Assembly (NCBI GenBank): GCA_964019425.1 | Contig: OZ025787.1 | Coordinates: 1,488,001 to 1,552,000 of the forward strand | Direction: 5' to 3' | Length of the DNA: 64,000 nt | Source: Flectonema sp. DT1601 | Lineage: Eukaryota | Notes under the pieces: generated by a model | Told to the model about the DNA's origin: nothing | Seen by the model: the letters and a program-made list of their open reading frames with translations, nothing else | The model's database searches: none | Translations under genes and position numbers: made by a program | Shown here: piece after piece, positions 22,238-36,600 of the stretch | How positions within the stretch are numbered: the stretch's first letter is position 1 | Layout of the letters: each line of letters starts with the position of its first letter

Positions 22238-25200
22238 GCATCGTTTCGCAAAAAAAGGGAAGACAATGGAAAATGAATTATTTAAAAAAAAAAAAAAAAA
22301 AAGGAGAAAAAAAAAATGATAAATTTAAGCAAGAGAAGGTTTTTTTTTGTTTTTTTTTTTTTGTTTTTTGTGTTTTCTTTTTTCGATTCCTTCCCTAAAA
22401 TCATTTCGTCGTCTTTTAGAGACTCTTGAATAGCATTCCGGTAGAATTTCTTTAAGGCATTTCTAAGCTCCGTTCACTACTCAAAGTGATTGACTGATTC
22501 CTCTGAACCGAGCAGCGGGAACTGTCAGGATCGCGGACTAAGTTATTCAGGGTCTTAAAATCCTTTTTTTTTTTTTTTTCTTGTTGTTTTCTAAATAATA
22601 AAGTTAAAATATTTATGTTTATTTTTTTTTTAATTAGGCGATTTACTTGCAGGAAAAATGTCCACAAAAAATAATAAAAAAAAAAAAAAAAAAAAAAAAC
22701 GTTGTTGTGCAAAAAAAAGTTGTCTGTTTTTTCTTTTTTTTTCTATCTTTTTTAATAATATTGCAGACTACCACTTCACATTGAATAAGAAACGGCAACG
22801 TATTAATTTAGTTACGTCAATGCTCTCTCTCTCTCTTTTCTCTCTTTCTCTTTCTCTCTCTCTGCTCTACGGAGGGAATCCTGGCCGTTTGTGTTGATGG
22901 AAATCAGATTTAAGTCGCGAATAGCTACTTCGGGTAATTAATTCGTGTTGGTCGCATTATTAGGGTTCAGGAGTCTTTTCCGTTCCCTTCGGTAGCAGTT
23001 AACGCTCTCTTCGCAGTTTATCTTAACTTGTATCGATTTATCTGTTTGCGGAACTTTATTGATATAGGCCGTGATGTGGCCTTGCCTCTATTCGGTTTGC
23101 GTGTTTTCGAACCAGAACTGCGCAGAGAAGAATTAATTGTTTACCACGTTGACCATTGTAGTAGCTTGCATCACAGTTTATAATATTTTTCCTCACTACT
23201 TCCGACCTCTATGGCAGGCTTCTGTCTGTGTAGGCCGCGTGGTTGTCCCAATCTTAGCCCCGATGTCTAATTCTTATTTTTATTATTATTTTATTTTATT
23301 TCCCTTCCTTGTTGTGTTGTTTGTTTGTGTCAATTGTGTTTTTTTTTTTTTTTTTACCAGAAAAGAAAAAAAAAACCCCGCCTCCCTACGATCACCGAAA
23401 AGTTTGTTCAGTTTTTTTTTTTTTTTTAAAGAAAAGTTATGGCAGAAAAAAAAGTGAAGGGGAGAGTTAAAAAGAAAAAAAAATATTTTGTGGTCTTCTC
23501 ACAACACAGCTTCAAGCACAAGATTGCAAGAGGCAATATACATTGTGTGAGCAAATGTCATTTTGGTATTGATACCAAATTGTTACTTTAAACGTTTTAC
23601 TTATCCTTTGTAAGGAATTATTAAAACGTTCGGAGTTGCTTTGACATTACATGCGTGTTTTTTTTTTGTTTTTTACTGCACGCGGCGTAGACAAATCGTC
23701 TTCGTAGTTGTTTGAAAGCTGTATTGAAATTAGGTCACGTTTCGGATTGTTCTACGCGTGGCTGCTTACCACGGATGCTTCCTTACATCTGCGAGCACAT
23801 CAGTGTTTTCCTCTCACAAACAGACGTCATTTATTGTTTGGGATGTTTTGAAAGAAACAAAAAGTGAAGAGAATGAAGTATTTAAAAAAAAAAAAAAAAA
23901 AAAAAAGAAACCTCCCGACCCTTCTACAGCAATCTGGTTGCTTGCATGATCCCGACACAAGATTTAGAGTTCATCAACATCTTGCGGAAACAATTTTCAA
24001 ATTCCGTTTATTCTCGTTCTCTTTTTCTATTTTTTTTTCCTCCCAATTCCTCATCCTGATGTTGCATAACGTTTTGGAGATAAGATCTGCTGACCGGGGG
24101 CAAAGAATATATATAATATGAGAACGAAAAAACCAAAAAAAAAAAACCAAAGAACAGAAAGGAAATGAAACGGTCAATATTCAAATCTTGTCTTCTCCCC
24201 TTATTTTCTTTAATAACTGTTTGAGACTGGCGTCGAATCCTCCCCGTTCCTGCTTCTATTTCCCTCTTTTTTCTAATTCTTTCCTTATTGTGCTAATCAG
24301 TGTAGTTACGAAAATAAATAAATAAATCTAAAAAAAAATTTAAAAAGAAAAAAAAAACAATCAGAATTATTCATGTTTTTCTTAGCTTTCTATTACTAAT
24401 AAAGAAAAGCCTTAGAAAGTGAAAAAAAAAAAAAAGAAAAAGAAAAAGAAAAAAAAGGTGATGTGGAAACGCTCTGCAGTGCAAAGGTTTAATTTTTTTT
24501 TTGTCCAATTTTTTTCCCTCTTCCTTTAATTTACTTTTAGCCTGCTGTCCCCCAGTTTTTTTTTTGTCAACATCTACGGAGTTGTATCTCCTGTAATTAT
24601 TGTCGTAGCAGTAGCTTCACACGGTGATGCTAGGGGTCTGTCCAAATAAATAATAGCCTTTCGACCGCACTTTCCTCCCTCCCACTTTTTTCAGAAAACG
24701 GTGCGTTTGTTGTGATGAGCCGCTGTTTTTGCTGACAAGTTACTGACCCCGATATTCTTGTATCTCGTCCCTTGTTTTTTTTTTTTTTTTTTTTTTTTCT
24801 CTCCTCCTGCGGGTAAAAAGCGCAGTTAATAATTTGGGGAAGTTTTCTTTTTTTTTTAAAATATAAAATTTCTTTTTCTTTCTTTATTCTGTGCGAGAGT
24901 ATTTCATTCAGCTTCATTCTGAGTTACTATTTGCTGTGTAAATGAGAGTCTTAATAATTAGAAAATATTACTTAGGCGGGGATAGTATGAGCATTTACGA
25001 GTATTCTCCCTTGCAATTTTTTTTTTTTTTTTTTTTTTTCCATGTAATATTTTTTTTTTTTCAGACCTGTTTTGTTTTTGCAGGTGCGAGCACTTTTGTT
25101 TTGTTTTGCAATCAAGAGACTTATAATAATTTGCAAAATTATTTAAAAAAAAATTTCCCCCCCAAAATATTTTTAAAGGTTGTCAGCATTAGTTGGGAGG

Positions 25201-26237
25201 CCCCATAGTAGTTGTATCGCTCTCCTACTAGAATCCTCTGCAAATAAAAAAGCAAGACTTGGCTTTATTTATTTGGATTTTATTTTGTGAATAAAAAAAA
25301 TTTGCTTAATTTTCTGATAATTATTTAGCAATTATTTTTTGTTTTGTTTTTTTTCGCTCTTTTTTTCTGGGGATTTGTTTGAAACCCAACTGACCTACTA
25401 AAGCTGTTTGGAAAGACAAACGAGCGAGTGAGGGAAAAAAAAAAAAAAAAAAAACAGCTCCTCTTCTTAGTTTCATTTCATTTCATTTCATTTCCTTTTT
25501 TTTTTCTTTTTTTTGTCACAGTATTTTCATTATTTATTTTATTTTTTTTCACCCTCCGCTGTTCTTCCCTCACTCAATTAAACTATTCATCGTATTCTTG
25601 ATAATGAATGAGAGAGTCTTTTGAAATGTGTTTACTGTTTACATTGTCAAAACGTTGTCTCTACTTCTGTTTTATAAAAAGGAATACGAGTCACGTAAAT
25701 AGCATATATTGACTTACCCTTTTCGCTGATTAGTGTTTTGAGGTTTCGCAAGAAGCTGTTCAAACCAAATTCAACTTGCTGTACTGGACTTCCCCTCCTA
25801 TTTTCTTTTTCTTATCTTTTGCCAAAGAAATCATCAATTCAAAAAAAAAAAAGATTGTACTAATTTGCTGTATAATGAAAAAGGACGAAGAAAGTAGTTT
25901 CCATTTTATCTTACCGAAAAAAAAAAAAAAAAAAAAGAGATTTCTTAACATCGTAATCAATGTACTTAGTAGCTCTTTTTTCAAAAAGTCCCAAATACTG
26001 AGTTCATTTTATATTTCTGCTTCATTCCTAAGGGTTTGATGGACAGCGGCTTCCATACGGCTGCCACATTTACAATTAGATAGTTGACTGTTGGATTCTT
26101 TGTATAAACCTGTTGGCTTTTTCTTTGAGCCGTTGTGTTTTTAGTAGGCAAGCACTTCATTTCAAATAATTTTGCTTTTTTTTTCTTTTTTACAATTTTC
26201 CCCCGTTCGGATTGTTGGTGTTCGATTCCCTCTGAAA

Positions 26238-26270
<33 letters not shown>

Positions 26271-29200
26271 CCACACCTTCCTTCAAAATTTAAAATTTAA
26301 GAATTTCCTTACTGTAACTATTTCTCAAAAAAGAAATAGAAAAAATTACGTGCGTATTTTATATTTGAAAAGGTTTTTATGTTTTTTTTTTACCTCGGTG
26401 GGGAAAACCTCAAAAAAAAAAATTTATTATTGATATTGGTAATTTACCTCGACTGTGTGTGTCGTTTTTATTTGTATTTTTTGATTAAAAGAAAAAAAAA
26501 AGAAAAAGAAAAAAGTATGTCTACAAAATTATGGTCGTCAAGTGGGCTTCCCCTACTCACTGCTCTGTAATTAGCAAGACCGCTTTGTTTATAAAAAAAA
26601 AAAAAACCCTTATTAATTGGTGGTAAAAACTAATCCTCTACTCTTCCTGAATATCCATGACCTCCGTCTTTTATCAAAACTGCGATATTGATTAGTTATT
26701 CTTTCTTTTATAAATTTCCTTGGATTTTTTTTTTTGGTAAAATATTAATTCCCACCCCCATCTTTAGTTTCTTTGACTAACATCTTACAAATGTTTTATT
26801 TTCCAGTCAGAGTGTATTTTGTATTAATACCTAAAGTTGTTAACTGTTTTTTTTATATTGTCAAAGTTTCACTCTCCCATCTTTATTTTTCGTTGACGAA
26901 GTCATATTTCTGTTGCAACTGTACAAAGATGCTTTTAAGAGATGAGTGCTTCCAAGGGGATCCTTTTCAGTTATGGTTTAGAAATGTAGTTGATGTGTGA
27001 AAAAAGCTAAAAATTAAAATTCTTTAAAAAAAAAAAAAAAAAAAAAAATCACGTTGTTTTGCCCTTTTTTTTTTTTCCCCTTTTTTTTTTGATTACAATT
27101 ACCAATGCTCATCCAAAAATGACCTCCCGAATCAGCATCGCTGGTCAAAAATGAATTTTAAGCTGCGGTGTTTTGCTATTTCAGTTGTTGTTGCTTTGTT
27201 TCTCCTTTCCCTCTGATTAGACGCGACCCCGGTCGCGTACTTTGTTAACTTGATTACATTTTTTATACCACACTCAGTGTGGTTTTTGACGCATGCGTTT
27301 GTCTTCATTAATAATTGATTTTTGTGTGGCATTTTAAAATAATATTCATGGAGAGTGAAAGATGAGGTGGCTTTCAGTTTTTTTTACAACATATTTGAAA
27401 GTCTCTGGCTCGTTTTCTTTTTTCTCGAGTCTCACGGTTATGTTTTATATTCCTTTGATTAGTTGATTTCACAAAACGGTTTTTTTAGTTAAATAAATAT
27501 GAAGCAGTCCATCCGCTGTCTTGTTCATAGGAATTATTTGTATACAGTTGTAACACACGGAAGAGACGCTCAACCTGTTCGATTTTTTTTTTTTTTTTTC
27601 TTCAAGAGAGAGGAAAGGGAGGGGAAAAAAAAAAAAAAAAAACATTATTTATAATATTATGGTATTCTTATCAAAAGAGGAAGAAAAAAAAAAAAAAAAA
27701 AACGCACAAATCGATACATGTGTGTGATTTTACGTAAATTATTTCTACCGAACCCCGACCAGGATACTGATGATTTATTTCTGTAATTTAAGGTACTCTT
27801 CGTGTATGAGTGCTGCAAAAAAAAACCACTGCTCCGAATCACAAAAAAATTAAAAATAAAATAAAAATGTGAATAAATGTGATAAAAAATGCATTCCATC
27901 TTTACTTCTGGTCTTTTTTTTTATTCTTCGTATCGTTGACTGATCTTCTTTCGATCTTTCCAAACAAGAAATCAATTCATCACACCCGTTTGCCGCATTA
28001 GTATTGTAAGCCGTAAAAGGCTCACAGAAGCAGGCAGGGGAGAATATTAATATTTTGAAAGTGCAACTCAATTATGTTCGAGAAACCGAACTGGGCTCTG
28101 GTCTCTAGACAACTGCGGGTCTATTTTACTTTTGCGTTAGTGTTTTGATGCTTTTCAAGTTGATGCGACCGGAGCTGAACCGCAGTAATTGTTTGAAGAG
28201 ACTATTGGACGAATAGACGTCATGGTTACTTCAAACTTCGTCGACCGTCGAGAATCTATTTTTTGACTCTCATGCTGCAGCTGTTGGTTATCGATTTGTT
28301 TGAATCATTACTTCTGTTGCAACGGCAGATTCCATCTACTTAAAGGACGTAAATAGAAGTCGTCTTGTGGTAGTGCAGTGTCTTCTGATTGACACGAAGC
28401 CCCCAAAAAAAAAATCCTTTATCGAAAACTACACATGTCAGGTATATACGTTTGTCATGTTATAACTCTTTTACTATCTAAAAACACCCCTTTGTTATAT
28501 CTCTCCCTCTTTATATTATTAGTTCGTTCTCGTCATTAGTGGCTCTGCCCGGCGACCTCTTTGGGTTCTTCGTTGTAGTACTTTTTGTTGTTGGATGGTC
28601 GCGGCTTTTTTGCAAAATTGTAGTGCTTTAGTGCACACCAGAGGAAAGTATAGTTTTTCAGTATTGACATATATTTTAGTAAATAATATCTGTTTTTCTG
28701 ATATCAACCGACGAGGGTAAGACTTTAACACGTCTGCCAGTAATATCTTATCAAAAAACTTTTCGTAGATGATAAAAAAATCATTCCTCGAAGAACCCGT
28801 CTGAGGAGCATGTAAGATGCCCCGAGAGAATGGATTTACCTCTCATATACTAACTTGCATTACTTTTTTCTTTCTTCTTTCTTGTTGAATTCTTAAGCGA
28901 GCAGCATTTAGTCGCCGTCTACAACTTACCTGAGTAGCAAAAGACAACTGCTACTACCGCCTCGTGATTTTCAGCTTATTGATGTAAATTTTCCGATTGG
29001 GTTGTCCTCGTCCTTACATTTTCACACCTTGGCAGCTGCTGTTCGCTAATTTTTTTTCGAAGAAGGTGAAAAAAAAAAAAAAAAATTGCCGACATTTATT
29101 ATCCGGTGAGGGTTTTGATTTATTCTCACTTTTTCTCATTCTCCCTCTCTAACTCTCTCTCTCTCTCTCTTTTTGGCTGTCTAGTCCGCAAACAACCACA

Positions 29201-32200
29201 AGACGCTCTTATTCGCGTTAGGGGAAAATACTACTCATCTTGAGTGAAGCTAATACGAGTGTTGTTTGATGTCACTAGCGGTCTGGAGTTTTGTCGGAAC
29301 TCCAATATTGCGAACAGGGAAACCTACTTCTCCCACTTGCGTTCTTTTTTGAAAACTGGAAGAATTACTATCTTAGAAGTAATTCACTCCAGACAGTCCA
29401 GTTCTCGTTATTGTGTTTGCTTTGATCTCTTCTTCTTCTTCTTCTTTTTTTGTTATTTTTTTCACTCGAATCGTCCTTTTCGGGGACTTCTTTCTCGTAC
29501 CGAAGCGTTCGAGCGCTCCATTATAATGGCAAGCTGTTTTCAGGAAGCAATATCGGCATAGGCTATACCATAACAGTCCTAACAAGATTGGGTCGGCTTA
29601 CGTTTGCTGCTGCTTCGTAGCTCTATTGGAGTTTACCCGATTGCTCCATAGTTTGCTGTCAGCTATGCTAGTGGATTTCTTTATCAATCTTTTATTATTA
29701 TTATTATTATTTATTGTTCCACTTGATTTCTCTCCCTCTGGTTTTGAGGTTATGAGCTTACTGTTTCTCTCAGGGATCGTTAAGTTTCTCTGTAGTGAGT
29801 GCGATATGAGACGATTCTCTGCTCCTTCAGTTGTGAGTGAGTTCTCGACTCCCCATATTAATCATTTGGGTGGGGTTGAACTGTTTGTTCTCATTCTTCT
29901 TTGTGAAGTCAGCGTAATTATTATCTTGATGATCAATTACAACATCCTTAGTTGAAGACTTGTGATCTCCAAAGTTACATTAAACTCTGCTGTCTGGCCT
30001 TGACTTGATATCAATAAGCACTTTGCTTACAGTGTGCTTCTGATTTTATTTAAACATATTTCGGTATGGCTTATTCTCACAACCATTTTAAGTAACATTT
30101 TTTTTTTTTTTTTTTTTTTTTAATGTTTCTTGGTTATTACATTTTAATCCATTTTTCATCACGTTTTGTTACACGGGAAATTTAACAGAAGAAATTCACA
30201 GAGATTTTTATGAAGGCGGTACTGTTCCTACTCGTTGGAGTTAATTTAGTTTTCTACAACATGTTCAGCTACCCTTTTTCTTTCTTAGCCTGTGATCTGC
30301 TCAGTAAGTGCAGTTGAACTGTCTTGTAAGGTACGATATCATTCGATCGCCAGATCAATTCAGCGCCATTCTGAGGCACACGGCAATATACATGCATTTT
30401 CATAAAGTTTGAAAAAAAAAAAAGAAAAATAAAGAGGGAAAAAGAAGGAAATGGGGATCCCCCTTTTTTTTTTTTTTCCCCCTCTTTTTTTTTTTTTTTT
30501 TTGTTGTTTTTTCTCGACTTTCCTATGTTTCTTTTGCTCTTCCCTCCTAAAAGCAATCATTTTTCTCTTTTTTCTTTTTTTTGATGATATTAAAATTATT
30601 ATTTTATTATTTTTTTTTTATACAGTAAAATGTTTGACACGAGGGTTTTTTTTTTTTTTTTTTTATCTATTGCTACGGCTGCTTTCTTTCTTTCTTTCTG
30701 TTTTCTGTTTTCTTTTTTTTTTTTATAAACAAATCCTAGAGTGTTACCTCACGTAGCCGCACTCACACTTGCAATCTTTGAGTGTTGTTAGTACTTTATT
30801 ATTCAACCTATTCCGGTATGTCCCTGACAGCCGATTACCCGTACTCTGTGGGGACGATAGACACACTGCAAGTCTTACTATTGTCATGAGACTAACAATT
30901 ACCCGTACTCTGTATGAGATATGGCCTTTTAAATGCTCACATTCCACAACCAATAGGTGGTGGAGAGTTCACGCTTTTTTCTTTTTTTTTTTACTTCTAA
31001 AAGACACCAGGACTTTCTCTTTTTTTTTTATTTTTTTTTTATCTTTCCTCTCAGTCAATAAACTGATACTGTGTCGTACTTGTAAGTGTCTTCTTCTTTA
31101 AGTCGAGTATCTCTCCTGTTCGGTATATTTGACTCTTCAGTAATCATCCCTTCCCAGTACGAGGTTCGACGTCTGACATTATATTAAACGTCGAAGCCTT
31201 GTTGTTCTAAAGAAAAAAAAAAAAAAAAAGTACCTCTTCCTTCATGTATTTGTTGCTTTGTTTGTATTGAAAAAACTTTATCGTTGGAAGGGATCCTCCT
31301 CAGTCGTGGTAAGTGCTGTTGCTTCTTCTTCTCTCTATTTATGGAAGTTTTTCATTTAGTTGGATATTGCGAACTGATGGTATCGTGGAAGCTAATATGC
31401 ATCAAACAATTATCACCTCAGGTCGGTATCGGTGATTTTTAATTTTGCGACTATCTACCATCTTGATGGTTGCCATCTTGAAAAAAAAAAAAGTGAAATT
31501 TTCCAATTATTGTGTCTCCACAGAATTGTGATTCCTGTCACGGGAAAAATTCTATTTTTGCGGATTAACTTGCGGTGTTTGCAATTTTCCACTACGCAAG
31601 GTGCTATGGAGATGAAATCTATTTTTTTTTTTTGTAACTCGTTTTAAGCGAGTTCCGCTGTATTTTAACTTCACTGTGTTTACATCTCTTAAATGAAAGA
31701 GACGGAACAAATACCTCTGCGACAAGGTCGGCATTGCTGATAAGCTTTATGAATGTCGTCTATGTACAGATAGAATCACACATCAGTCGTATGTGTGGCT
31801 GTTTTATGTAGCAAATCTTGAATTAATTTTATTCTACTATTTTACCCGAATTCGGGGCGTTTTTTTGACGCATCTCGTGTTTTTTTTTTTGTTTTTCCCC
31901 CAAATTCCTTTTTTTTTATTTATGAGCGTTTCCCTCTTCCACCAAATTTTTTTTTCCTTTTTTCCTTTTCCTTTTTTTTCTCCCTATTTTTTTTTTTTTA
32001 TTCAGGTTTTATTTCTGTGACGATACTTTTTTTCCCTCTACTCCCAATACTCTGAACCATTGTAGTGTCACACTCAACAATGTTACGGAACAGAGGGTTC
32101 AGAATCACTTACGAACATTAATGTTCCATAAGTGAGAAAGAGAATAACATTTGATAAACAACTTACTTCCCTGACTTAAATAAATCGTTATCATCTGCTA

Positions 32201-33699
32201 CTGCTTTGATGGAAGGCAACTGTATCTTGTGAATGCACAGTTGAGCAACGGGCAAGCAGAAAAACGAAAAAAAAAAAAAAAAAAAAAAAACTGATTCTCT
32301 ATTCAATTCTTTTGTCCATGTGTTGCCACAGGGTTTTTACACTGTAGTGGTATTTTATGAGCGTTGAGTGTTCACTGGTTCAGACTTTACATTACAATTA
32401 TCAAAAGAGATGCTTCTGATTCTCGGAGGTTTGGCGCGGCATATTAGCATGTGTTTAGTCCTTGAATATTATTTTATTTTTGTCTTTTCACCTACTCACC
32501 AGCTTGCTTGTTGTAATACGAAAGTCGACCAACGTGCCTTCAAGATAGTTATCTCTTTTTTATTGAAGTTTTTTTTTATTAATTTTTTTTATTGTTACTT
32601 CTACTTGGTAGTCACCCTTACAGACCTTAGTTGTAAGCGCGAATCGTTTGCTTCATCAACTTTGTACGGGAAGGCTGTTTAATATTCAGTAATGCACTAC
32701 TTCCCTTTTTTTAGTATAGCAGGAGAGGAGGAGGGGAGGAAAGTTGTTCGTATTTCCTATCTTCTACTGACGTACATTATTCTTTCACCTCTTTACAAAG
32801 GAGAGACTTACGGAACAGAATTCGCGGGCAAAACGTCCCTAAACAATAGGATTTAAAAAAAAAAACCCCAGGGAGGAAAATAATAAGGAAAAAACCAAAA
32901 CAACTACTTCGATCTATTTTCTTTTATTCGTCTGTTCCAGCATCTGCTTTTTAGAAGTTGCAACGCTACGAATGTGAATGAAGATATGGAAAGTAATATG
33001 AACCATTAGGCATTAAAGCAACAAAAAGAAAATATGAAAGAAGCCAAACGGTTTGTCTACACAACTCTAGGGCATGCGCTTAATAAGCCAGCCGAGGTCA
33101 TCTTGTTTTTTCTTCTGCCAATTTAACAAACTCATTACTCGATTTTTGAACATATTAATTCAAACTGGTAGAATGATACCAACTAGTAACAACAAATCAG
33201 AAGAATCCAACAAAAAAAGCAAAACAAAAAAAAAAAAAAAAAAAGAGAGAAAAGAAACAAACAAAATACAACAGACAGAACAAAAGGAGCGAAAAGAATT
33301 AATTCTTTCTTTGTAACCAAATAAGAATTAAAAAAAAAAAAACTAAAAACGGGGAAGGAAAACATAAGAAAGAAAAGAGGAAAAAAAAAAAAAAAAAAGA
33401 AAAGTTAAATTAAATTAATAAGAGAGTTTGTTGCTTCAAACCAATGTCCCTCTTGAGTCAAGAAAAAAGAAAAAAAAAAAAACATGAAAGTTCAATACCG
33501 TGAAAGAAATCTCTCCTCACTCACATATCTCGCACTGCGCCATTTGTCTCTTACTGGGTTGCGTATTGGTATCCGGGCAGTTTATATTTTATTTTTTTAA
33601 TACAGAAATCGAACTTTCTTTGTCATTAACAATCTGTGATGTGGGAAATGGGAAATCTAGTCCTCTATTAATCTTCTTCACTCATCACAGGTACCTGAC

Positions 33700-36600
33700 A
33701 TGGTACAAAGGGTATCCCTCACCCCTGCTTACGCTCGCTGGTTTCGGGGAATATCTGAAAATGTCTATTTCTTCTCGGAGGTCGAGCGGGAGAGCCACCT
33801 AGGCGAGATACGTGAACGATGTTGTGTTGTAACGGACAAGGCGATGCTGTTGTGTACTCCAAAAGGAATAATTAATAGAGAGATTAGTCTCGATAAGATT
33901 ACAGAAATAGTAATTGGAGGAGATGGTAAGAAAGTACTAGTCAGAGTACCATCAGAGTACGATGTGGTATTAGTATTCCCATCAGCTTTAGTAGTGTTAG
34001 ACTCTCTGTCATCAGCGTTAAATGATTTGGCAGTCATCCCGTCACGGATACTTGGCATCGATAAAGAAATTGGAGGCCTTGCTACGCCAATACAAAAAAG
34101 AACTACTCCTGCTTCTCCTTTGCGATCTTCCCTTCGAAATCGAGGGCTGGTTTCACCACCAGAGTTGGCGAAGTCGGTTGATTTTCATTCTGACAGCAGC
34201 AGTGAAGATGGTGACGCTAATTCAGAATCTGTTTTACGAAATACAAATGTCGTCTCTCATCACAATCGAAGTTTATCATCTTCGTCAACATCAACTCAGG
34301 GAGAAGACTTTAAGAAGTCGACTAGTCTGTACACTTTCCGTCATTCTGTTAGTCAGTATGATGACGTCAGTGATGGTGACACCAGCACTGGTTCTGGTCC
34401 TCATGTTTCATTCGCTCACAACAGCAACTCTTTTGGAGATGTCTTCGAAACAGTTGATCCTTTTCAAAGTACTTCTACTCAAACCGAATCACTTTCTGTA
34501 ACTTGTCCTGGATGTTGTGGTATAAAAGAATACGGATGTATAGAAGGATGTCCAAGTATGTGGTACCCATTTCAGAAACCTTCAATTTCTGGGATCGCTC
34601 CCATCATCGGATTTGAGCCGTCTGGTGGACTGAAGCTGTCGAATTACAATACGTCGGCAGCGTATCCGAAGGGGGGGAGAAGTTCTGTTTTCGCGGTGGT
34701 GTCGACATCACTGTTTTCAGATTATATTATGTTTGAAGTTAGAATTGAGGTGAGTAGTTCTGGTAGTTCTCGTTGTAGTATTGGAGTTCAGATATCAGCA
34801 GAAGAAAGAATAGAACTTCGATCTGACGGTTCTCTTATTGTTGACGGCAATAGAGTTGCAAAAGCACACCTGTCACGAGGATTTCAAAGAGGTGACTTAC
34901 TTACTATTCGAATTGATAAGTCTGTTACGAAAACAGTTCGGTTTTCTCAATTCCGACCACATGAGGCAATTCAATCTCCTCCTTTCGAATACAACATCAG
35001 TACAATCTATCTCGCCTCTCCGATGCGTCCATTTGCTAAACTTTGTTCTCATGGTGATGCTGTTCACATCAATCGATTTATATCTTTACGAGCAGCGCCT
35101 TCAGTCACAGCTCTGTCAGCAGGCTTAGCACTCTTAGTGAATGTTATTATGTGTGTTAGCTCTGGTGAAGACAGATCGAAGTCTGCATTGAAAAGTAAGA
35201 ATGCTCAATTAGTGAAGGAAAACGAACACCTAAAGAGTGTCTTGGGAGAGGTGTTAGTTAAAAGCAAACAGGCGGAACGGGAAAATTCAGAGCTGCGGGC
35301 GGAGAATAATTTAATTCAAAGAGAACACAATGATCTGATAGCACAGTTGGCTGACCTGCATCCGGATGTTCCAAAAACTGGAGTCCAGTCAGTAGAGCTT
35401 CACTCTACAGTTCAATCACTTAAGAAGACTATTCGCGATTTAAATGAATCGAACTTAACGTTGAGAGAGAAGAATATATTATTAGACAATGAACTGACTG
35501 GTCTCTCAAGTCGCGTGTTTTCAGCCGTCGGGATAGAGTTCCGTACTGACGTGAGTACCGCTGTGGATAATATCGTCTCTCAGAATAGTGAGCTTCAGAC
35601 TGAGTTAAGAAATATTAAAAACTATTTAAATAATTCCGTCGGAACTATTAACGTTCTCAACGCGATTCAACAACTGGCTGATGAGAACTTCGAATTTAAG
35701 AAAACTTTATCTGACCTCAGTGAGCTGACACATCAAACAACTTCCCATCCTCTGGACATTCGTAAAGCGGTTGAGGATCTCGTTGTCGATAATAATTCTC
35801 TGAAGAATACTATTTCTAAACTTGCTCAGGAGTTTCATATTTCTCAAACAGCCTCAACTGACTTTCAGGAAATCCCCAACTTGATATCTGACCAATGCAA
35901 TCTATTGAGGATGGTTCAGTCAGACCACACAGAGTTGTTGTCAAATCTCACAAACAAACTCGGTGTTGACGGCGTAGAACCATCGACTGAAATGTTACTA
36001 AAACAGATTTCTCAACTTCTACAACAAAACGAAGAGAGTGCTGAGCAATTACAACTCCAACAACAAATATCATCTCTGAGGAATGAGGTCGCTCGTTACA
36101 AAGAAAATGAGATTTCACTGAAACAAGAAATCGACACTCAGCAGGTTAGTAAGTCAGAATTCCACTCGCAGACATCTCTTCTCAACCAGACGACTTCAGA
36201 GTTGTACGCCAGCAATTCCAAACTGCTCGATGAGATGCTGGAACTCCAGGGCGAGAAGGCAGCGTTGGAGGTGAAGGAAAAACGACAGCGAAAGTTCATC
36301 AGCGAGCTAGAGAAGAGCCGGGAAAGCGATGCGAAAGAGAGAGAGAAATTTGAGACTAAAATTGCGGAATTAGAAAAGAATGAAGATCAAGTAAACGAGG
36401 ATTTAATGTTGTTGGGTCTCACTTTGGAGTTTCGAGACAAAGCAAATCCTATATCTCCTCCTCCACCAAAAGAGAAGACCGTAGCGAGTACGGTAGACTG
36501 CGGAAGTACTTTCCTGAATGCCGTTCGTTCTCTTTTAGAGTCGCTGGTTCAGTCTTCGTCAGTTCGGTCTCCGACATCCCCATCAGCTGACTTCATTTTA

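Noticed and set aside
24712..24770. GTGATGA...CTGA as a C/D snoRNA
   Set aside because: No terminal D box at a suitable distance and no rRNA-complementary guide recognised.
28924..28932. ACTTACCTG as the 5' end of U1 snRNA
   Set aside because: No U1-70K loop or recognisable U1 architecture follows.
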